A DNA stretch of 44,305 nt from Octopus bimaculoides (taxonomy: Eukaryota), in assembly GCF_001194135.2 (NCBI RefSeq), contig NC_068987.1:56349179-56393483 (forward strand), given 5' to 3'. Under the pieces are notes generated by a model. The model ran no database searches and was not told the DNA's origin. It saw only the letters and a list, made by a program, of their open reading frames with translations. Made by a program: the position numbers and the translations under genes. Below are positions 36,846 to 44,305 of the stretch, one piece after another (within the stretch, counting starts at the first letter, position 1; each line of letters opens with the position of its first letter).

Positions 36846-38520
36846 AAAGAAAGAGGAGACAAAAAAAAGAGAGAACTAAGTTGCACATCATCGCTAAGTG
36901 AGATATTATAATACAAAAGATAACTGCTTCACATCTATAACAGAGAAGTAGTAAAAACTTATGTAACTTGTAATTAGTAACTACATGACTAAACAATATA
37001 ACGCTGTTAAGCCAGTTTCACTAACTGAATAGTAGAAGCTGATGAGATGATCGAATGAATATTTGATTACGTAACAAAATTCAATAATTCTCACACTACT
37101 TTTTATTTTTTATTACATTGTGAACTGTAGCACTGTTGTAGGTTTCCAGCCTAGTATGTACACTCATCCTGCCCCTCTTGTTAACTTTTACTGCATTTCT
37201 CTACTCTTCTCTCTCCCTCTACACACACACACACACACACAATCCATCGTTATTATTATTTAACATACCCTTTTCCATGCTGGCAAACACACACATATAT
37301 ATATGCATGTAAAGTACACACACATGCTTGCATAGAATTTACATCAACCAAAATTCACTCATAAGGTGTTGGTCAATCTTAGGTTATGGAAAGCATTAGC
37401 CCAAGGTAATGTAAAGGATTGAACCCAGAGACTATTGACTGCAAAGTGAACTTCTTAAACACACAGCCATACCTGACTAGAGGTCAGCTATGAAAGAGGT
37501 ATGTGATCCAGTGCATAATATATGAGAGATGCATGTCACAACCAATGAAATTGCTTTATGTGACAAGAAATTAACAAAAGAGATGATGGTTGCTAAAAGG
37601 TCACAATCACTAAAGGATTAATTTTCTTATTGATAATTAAAGAGAAATATTTATTTTATTGATTATTAGTGTTGTACATGTATTTACCAGGGCTGTAAGA
37701 TGGGTGGAATAGGATTGGCAAATTTATATATTTGCATATTGCAAGAGCAATTAATATTTTTAAATAGATGAATGTCATTGCTACTTCTGAACACCCAGTT
37801 GTGAAGTTACTGTTGAACTCCAGGTCAGCTTTGACTAAGCAGACTTATGAATAAAAGTATTCCAGCTATGACCATTCCACAAGATATTGCATGTCTAGTA
37901 CTACATTATCCAATGAGTCCTCTTTTTAAAACTGTCATCATCATCATTTTAACATCCACTTTTCCATGCTTGCATAGGTTGGACACAGTTTATTGAGGTA
38001 GATTTTCTAGAGCTGGATGCCCTTCCCGTTGCCAACACTACTGTGTATAATTAGAAGAGCTGGCTCCTATTTCTAGTAAGTCAACCAACAAAAGAGCAAC
38101 TCCCAAACTGGCTCATCTTGACTGTGATGTAGGAGTAGAAGCCATTGTTGGACAGGCAGACACAAGCAAGCTGAGTATTATATATCAAGTCCAATGGTAC
38201 AACCATTTCATTTTTTTTTTCTTTTTGTCAATGAATTTCTATTATACCATTATCTCCAATGGAAGAAGATAATAACAAAAGAGGAGAATGGTACAACTGA
38301 ATCTAGTTACTTAAGCACTGACATGAATTATTCTTTCATGTCTCAGTATAATATTGAAACAATTTCAAACATCAATAATAGCAACTGTGTTATACACAGA
38401 AGATAGAAAACTGAAATAATTCAGAAGACATGAAAAATAAAAAAGTAAAACCATTTTGTAACAATTGGTTCTTTGCTGTCAATATTTCTTCCAAGTAAAC
38501 TACATTGTGACTTTATCATT

Positions 38521-38911
38521 TATCTTTTACTTCTTTCATCAGTTGTTAGACCGTGGCCATGCTGGGGCACCAACTTTAAGAATCTTAGTAAAAAAAAAAC
38601 ATCAACGCAGTATTTATTTCTTTTGTAAAACTTGGTACTTATTCTGTTAGTCTCTTTTGTTGAACTGCTGTTCCAGGGATGTAAACACACTAACACCGGT
38701 TGTCAAGCAGTGGTGCGAGACAAACAACATACAGAAAAACACACACACACATATATGGTGGCTTCTTTCAATTTCCATCTACCAAATCTACCCACAAGAC
38801 ATTGGTTAACCCAAGGCTATAGTAGAAGACAGTTTCCTAAGGTGTTACACATCGGGACTGAACTAGGAAATGTGGATGGATAACAAACTTCTTATCACAC
38901 AGCCCATGCCT
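38521..38911 (-). mobile_element. SINE family 1, diverged copy
   Basis: Reverse complement of the family consensus. Confidence 0.75.
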
Positions 38912-39496
38912 TTTTTTTTTTTAACATACTCTCCATTGAACATTGATAAAAAGATGAGTTTCTTAGACACAATTTTAACCATAGAAATAATACAATTAAG
39001 CAATCTTCATTATTTTTACACCTGACCAAAACATGTCCTCTCACAACCCCATATTTTCTTTCCTATGATCCTTCTCCGAGCATTAGATTCCTGACTGTCT
39101 ATCTGTGGTTAGCCACCAATGTTTCTAAGGATAACTATTCCAGAGAGACTAAAATCACAGATACAAGGCTAACTAGATTTACATCCATATATTTTCCATT
39201 TCCATACTAATAATTATTTTCTTTATACATACATGTATATGCATGGATATATCATCACCATCATTATCAACATAATTTTTATATCTGCCTTTCCATATTG
39301 ACATAAGTTGGACAGAGCTGGTTGAAGCAATGTTTTATGCTTGATGCTCTGCTTGAAGCCAACCTGTTTTTAGTTGTCTTGCATAACATCTAAGGATAAG
39401 ATATACTTATTCCAAAAATCATATTACACAGGTTATATATGTGCCATAGAGATATGTGCGTGTGTATACACACACACACACACACATTTTATATAT

Positions 39497-39720
39497 TCTT
39501 TTACTTGTTTCAGTCATTTGACTGCAGCCATGCTGGAGCACCACCTTTAGTCGAGCAAATCGACACCAGGATTTATTCTTTGTAAGCCTAGTACTTTTTT
39601 TATTGGTCTCCTTTGCCAAACCACTAAGTTATGGGGACATAAACACACCAGCATCGGTTGTCAAGCGATGTTGCAGGACACGGACACGGACACACACACA
39701 CACACATATATATATATGAT
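39497..39720 (-). mobile_element. SINE family 1, 3' half only
   Basis: Matches the tail half of the family, beginning at the internal (TG)/(TA) tract. Confidence 0.75.
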
Positions 39721-40111
39721 GGAAGTTCCTGTCAAAGATAACATACAAGTGTTCAGTTTTTGCTGAACAACCAGTACAAATGATTTGTTAATAGAGATCA
39801 AATGTATGTGCTGTACATTAACTTACTACCTCCTTTAAACTGAGGTTGTCTGAACAGGTGCACTGTGTACCACATGTCAGGTGTCAAAGTGATTGCAGAG
39901 AAATATGAGATGAAGTGTTTTGCTCAAGAACACAACCATGCACCAACCAGTCGAGGAATTGAAAACATAATCTTGTGATCGTGAGTGCACACCCTGACCA
40001 CTAGACCATGCACCCTCAAACACACGCAACATTATATACATCAGTTTAAGACAGAAAAAAAATGTACATCAGTGTGTGTGTACAATATATATATATATAT
40101 ATATATATATA

Positions 40112-40420
40112 NNNNNNNNNNNNNNNNNNNNNNNNNNNNNNNNNNNNNNNNNNNNNNNNNNNNNNNNNNNNNNNNNNNNNNNNNNNNNNNNNNNNNNNNN
40201 NNNNNNNNNNNNNNNNNNNNNNNNNNNNNNNNNNNNNNNNNNNNNNNNNNNNNNNNNNNNNNNNNNNNNNNNNNNNNNNNNNNNNNNNNNNNNNNNNNNN
40301 NNNNNNNNNNNNNNNNNNNNNNNNNNNNNNNNNNNNNNNNNNNNNNNNNNNNNNNNNNNNNNNNNNNNNNNNNNNNNNNNNNNNNNNNNNNNNNNNNNNN
40401 NNNNNNNNNNNNNNNNNNNN
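40112..40420. other. Assembly gap (309 N) within a (TA)n tract
   Basis: N run flanked on both sides by (TA)n. Confidence 0.95.
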
Positions 40421-40596
40421 ATATATATATATATATATATACACATACACACATACATATACACACACACACAAATGTAAAGCTTCTTTTGACAATTATA
40501 AACAAACTACCACCCTTGAACTTAAGGTTTCCCCTTAATGTAATGATACCAATGAAACTTAAAGAACAAGTACCAATTCTGATCAGAAGTACTCAC

Positions 40597-40873
40597 TTAG
40601 ATTGCCATTGTTCAGCTTCTGTTGTTCAGCGTGACCTTTCAGAGCTTTTAATTTCTTCAGTTTCAATTCTTGGGATTCAACCCTCTCTCGAAGTTTCCGA
40701 AGCTGGTCATTCTCGGCGATCGTTTGTTGGTGTTGAGCATCCTGATTCCGTAAGTACTTCAAGCGCTGCTCTTTGGTTAGCAAGATTTTTTGTTGTGCCT
40801 CCAGCTCTCTCTGCTGATGAGCAGAAATCTCTTGTAGTTCTCCAAATGTCATATCCACTCCACCATGTGGTAG
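40597..40873 (-). CDS. ASPP: ASPP-family gene, first coding exon visible in the window (N-terminal coiled-coil region)
   Basis: LPHGGVDMTFGELQEISAHQQRELEAQQKILLTKEQRLKYL...NGNL resembles human ASPP1/2 ELTLxELQxMAxRQQQQIExQQQML..KEQRL. Acceptor ttttatag| (phase 0) and donor A|GTGAGT (phase 1). Confidence 0.9.
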
Positions 40874-41155
40874 CTATAAAAGAGTTAAACATTTCATTGT
40901 AAATATACTTTTTAAGTATGGCAGATGACAGTACGAAAACAGAACAATTCATATGTTAGTTCTAAGACAATACAAATTACGTTTTTTGCCTCACATATGC
41001 TCTGACTGAACAAATGTGATCAAAAGCATGCTAGCTATGACCATCACTTCATATCTAGGACTACATTATCCATGTCATTTCTGTTTTAATACAGTAAGAT
41101 TGTGTTTATGGGAGATTTGATTGCTATTTCTAGCAAGTTGGGTAACTATCTAGAG

Positions 41156-41403
41156 CAGTGATTGCCAACCATTTTTTGTCTATGGACTCCTTTGATTCCA
41201 ATTTTACTCAAGTGGGGGAGACCCTCCTAGCCATTCAATGTCCTATTAAAGTTTTATGATTAAACATTATTAGGAATTGTATAAAAGAATGTTTGAATAT
41301 GTTGTGTATTGTAGAAATATAACCAGTTTATTGCACATAAATTCTAAGAACAAAATTTTATATGAACCCCACAGGCCATATGGACCCCAGTTGAAAACTA
41401 CTG
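41156..41403. mobile_element. hAT (Charlie-type) MITE
   Basis: Termini cagtgattgccaacc and cagttgaaaactactg. The 8-bp TSD atctagag/gtctagag fits the Charlie-type NTCTAGAN target. Confidence 0.8.
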
Positions 41404-41499
41404 GTCTAGAGGAACACTTGCAGACAAAGTTGAAGTTTTAGTTCAAACTTGGTACAATTTGTCCCCTGAAGTACATTTAATGTGAAACCAAATATTTCT

Positions 41500-41702
41500 A
41501 ATATGTTTAAGTAATTTTGTGTTAAACCTTTTTATTTGAAATACACTACCCTAGTTTCAATTAATTTTAAGAATATTGAAAAATTCATTTAAATAACTGT
41601 TGTTTGGAACTGATAGAAAGCTTCAGTTTAGATCACTTAAAAAAGTAGGATTTTGTGTTATAGAACTAGGTACAGTCTCAGATGAGTTGGTATCAAAAAG
41701 GG
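41500..41702. mobile_element. Degenerate copy of piggyBac-like MITE family A
   Basis: Shares the interior with 13664-13882 (tgttgtttggaac...gatcactt...gtatcaaaaaggg|TTAA). The left end is decayed. Confidence 0.55.
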
Positions 41703-41744
41703 TTAAAATGTTAACACTTCATATATCTGATACATATTCATTAA

Positions 41745-41962
41745 CACTTTAGTATTCAAATTATTCTGTCAAATGTATTGCTTATTTATTCACATTGTTT
41801 TGAATTAATCATGTATTGTCTTATAGCTTTCAAATTTTGATGAGTTAACTTAATTTTTAGAATGACATTGTAGGGTAGGTTTGAGAGGCCAGATCTGGCC
41901 AGTTTGAATAGAAAGCAGGTAGAAAATTTTGGCTTGATGTGGCCAGTTTAAATGCTAAAGGG
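41745..41962. mobile_element. piggyBac-like MITE (TTAA target), family B
   Basis: TTAA|cactttagtatt...aatgctaaaggg|TTAA. Related copies are at 20691-20872 and, inverted, at ~11531-11756. Confidence 0.7.
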
Positions 41963-42169
41963 TTAATATGTTTATAGTTTAATATGTGGCTTTAAGACTA
42001 GAGAGTAGTGACAGTGAGTGATGTGATACAATCATGTGTTTATTTCTCTGCTTCACATGGCTGCTTCAGTTTCACTTACAGCCTATGTAGTGTCCTGGTA
42101 TGTGGTGCTATTTGCTTGCATTTACAAGTAGTGAAGATTTTGGGGTTTCATGTTGTTTTTTTAAGTATT

Positions 42170-43070
42170 CATTATGAATGAAGAGAGAAAAAATATAGAT
42201 GTTTTCTCAGTAAGCAATGAAAATCATAAGACAACACATGTAAGGGAGAAAAAAAAATCCATAGCTTCTTATGAAAGGAAAGTTCCACATAAGTTGTTGA
42301 TACATGAAAAGTTTTCTGTTTGGTTTGTCAGTAAAAACAATTTGATAAAGGTTTCTGAAAAGTATAGAATTTTAAAATCAGTCTAACTTAACTGAAAACA
42401 AATTTTTCAAAAAAATTAAAGAAAATGCCATCAAAAACGACAAAAATTGACAAGACACATTTCAAAAGTAGCTGATTTATGAAACCTGGTTCAGCAGTTG
42501 AGCATAAACTCAGCAGAATTACTGCAGAACATAATTGAGCAAATTGTATTTTGATTATAGCAATTCATAATGTGCACACTGAATAGCAAGAATCCAAACA
42601 ATAACATAATCTATTGATTCTCAATACATTCTGATAGATTTGAACAGGAATGAGTTGACTGCCATTGTTTTCTATCATTGGAGAACATGTCTTCTCTTTA
42701 GACATGTGATTCACTGATGTAAGGAGACTTTGAGACACCATAGTGTTTCAACTTTATTGTATCTCTTTAGTGAAAGCTACCCCAAGAGTCTAACAAGAGT
42801 TCTGACTTATTTATAGGAATCAGCGAACAAATTATTTGGGCTTCATAGCCAAGATCATCCAAATTCAAAATTAGTAAAGGATATAAAGCTTGGTAGTACT
42901 GAAAGGACTAAAAGCCTTTTTTTTTATGTGAACAGTGAATACAACTCTGTATCTAAGCTGAAGGTGACAAAATTTTCTCATTGATGAGACAGCAGACATT
43001 TCTATTCAGAAGCAAATTGTCCAGTATCATGGTGAAGATAAAGAAGAATTATATGAATACTAATTCTATT
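42170..43070 (+). pseudogene. Heavily decayed hAT-type transposase remnant
   Basis: Fragments in shifting frames: ITAEHN, DHPNSKLVKDIKLGSTERT and FSLIDETADISIQKQIVQY. These resemble the hAT motifs AEHN, FPDSKIA..I.LGRTK and FSL..DETTD.S..KQ...VRY. Boundaries are approximate. Confidence 0.55.
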
Positions 43071-43914
43071 TTGTCTTCTCATTAATAAAGATTAAAGAGA
43101 GAAAGAAGATATAAGATGAAAGACAGTAAGCAGGGAAGTTGGTAGGCCAGTAGGTAGATTGGTATGGTGTTCATGAGAGAGAGAGAGAGTAGGAGTATGA
43201 GAGATTAAAAGAGAGTAGAAGTGGGAGTAAGAGAGAGACTGAGAGAGAAAGACAGTGATGGGCACTAAGAGAAGAGTGAATTAGCAGTTGGTGATATTCC
43301 AAAGTTCATTGAGGTGCTGCACAATTTATTAGAAAGCTTATTAAACAATAGTTTGTTATTAGATTAAGTGGATTAAGATAGAGGCAATCGTATATAATCT
43401 CAAATCTTTATGAATCTGTAATCGGCTCCATTACCTGCAGTGCACTGAAGACAATAAAATGCGATGAGAATTTCTTTCATTGTTTCTGATATGAGCAATA
43501 ATTGTTCTATGTGAGCAAATATGACAGTTCATTTGTAATTAGGGTTAGAGTTACTTTTGTGATTAACAAACTGCTTGAAACAAATAGTTTTAAATTGTTG
43601 CTACATCAAACTTGAATGTTTTATAACTATGAGAGAAAAATAGATATCTTAAATTCAGTTTAATTATTCCTTACATAGATACATGGGAAAAAAATTGTAG
43701 GGGAGAACAGGGTGTTGAATAACTCCCAATTAAAAGGAAGAAAAGCAAAATTGATTCCAGCAGAATTGAACTCCAAACACAAAGATATGTAGCTAAATAC
43801 AGCAAAAACATTTTGTCAAGTCATTTACCAATTCTACCATCTACCTTCCTCCATTGATATAGTGGAAGCCATGAGAGCCACTGCTTGGTATTGCATCAGG
43901 CAAATAAAAATAAT

Positions 43915-43917
<3 letters not shown>

Positions 43918-43956
<39 letters not shown>
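43918..43956. repeat. (AAT)n microsatellite
   Basis: Seen directly in the sequence. Confidence 0.9.
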
Positions 43957-43959
<3 letters not shown>

Positions 43960-44305
43960 CTGAGCAAGTATAAAGATCTTGAAATAAACTGAGCAAGTAT
44001 AAAGTATAAAGATCTTGAAATAGAAATTAGCAAATTGTGGAACCTGAAGACTAAAACAATACCTGTTGTCATAGGTGCCCTGAGAATGATAGCAAAAGGG
44101 GCTGATTGCTACCTAGCTCAGATACCAGGAAACCTCAAAATGACAGAAATTCAAAAGATAGTGCTCATGGGAACTGACCATATCCTATGCAAAATACTTT
44201 CTATGTAATCTCAAGTTTTAAAACAAACACATAATTTTCTTATGGTTTCTTAAACATTCTATAGAACAACACTATACATTCTCTAGAACAACACTGACAT
44301 TGAAC
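43957..44305 (+). mobile_element. 5'-truncated R4/Dong-like (RLE-type) non-LTR retrotransposon 3' end
   Basis: 44005-44208 translates as YKDLEIEISKLWNLKTKTIPVVIGALRMI...EIQKIVLMGTDHILCKILSM*, typical of the C-terminus of restriction-like-endonuclease LINEs. It directly follows an (AAT)n tract. Confidence 0.65.

Noticed and set aside
39985-40902. Long ORFs across 40112-40420
   Set aside because: Gap and microsatellite artefacts, partly antisense to a real ASPP exon.
40874-44305. Upstream ASPP exons (ubiquitin-like N-terminal domain)
   Set aside because: No matching minus-strand peptide with splice sites was found by eye. The region is MITEs, a hAT relic and a LINE end, so the 5' exons probably lie beyond the window.

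Overview
AT-rich, repeat-dense eukaryotic genomic DNA, most likely from an octopus or related coleoid cephalopod (inferred from the abundant tRNA-headed SINEs, dense (TA)n/(CA)n tracts and the lophotrochozoan-like ASPP sequence). There are three N gaps. Two protein-coding genes lie tail-to-tail. (1) On the + strand is a two-exon gene, join(575..1280,5381..5676), 333 aa, derived from a Merlin/IS1595-family (DDE_Tnp_IS1595-like) transposase. Its frame is intact across a 4.1-kb GT-AG intron filled with old SINE, LINE and MITE insertions. The first catalytic Asp, the catalytic Glu and the conserved His motif are altered, and no TIRs were seen. This is the best candidate for something new: a possibly domesticated, catalytically dead Merlin transposase gene. 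(2) On the - strand are the 3' seven coding exons of an ASPP (PPP1R13B/TP53BP2-family) gene, complement(join(19279..19326,22689..22888,24269..24435,26948..27081,32501..34330,36266..36465,40597..40873)). These give 951 visible aa with all splice phases compatible; the 5' exons lie beyond the window end. The remainder is transposon debris: a near full-length dead DD37D-like Tc1/mariner, mariner/hAT/piggyBac/pogo-type MITEs, RTE-type LINE fragments, an R4/Dong-like 3' end next to a (TAA)n tract, at least four SINE-like families, and a ~580-bp fold-back element just downstream of the ASPP stop codon. All alignments and family calls were made by eye from remembered family consensus motifs, not from searches.
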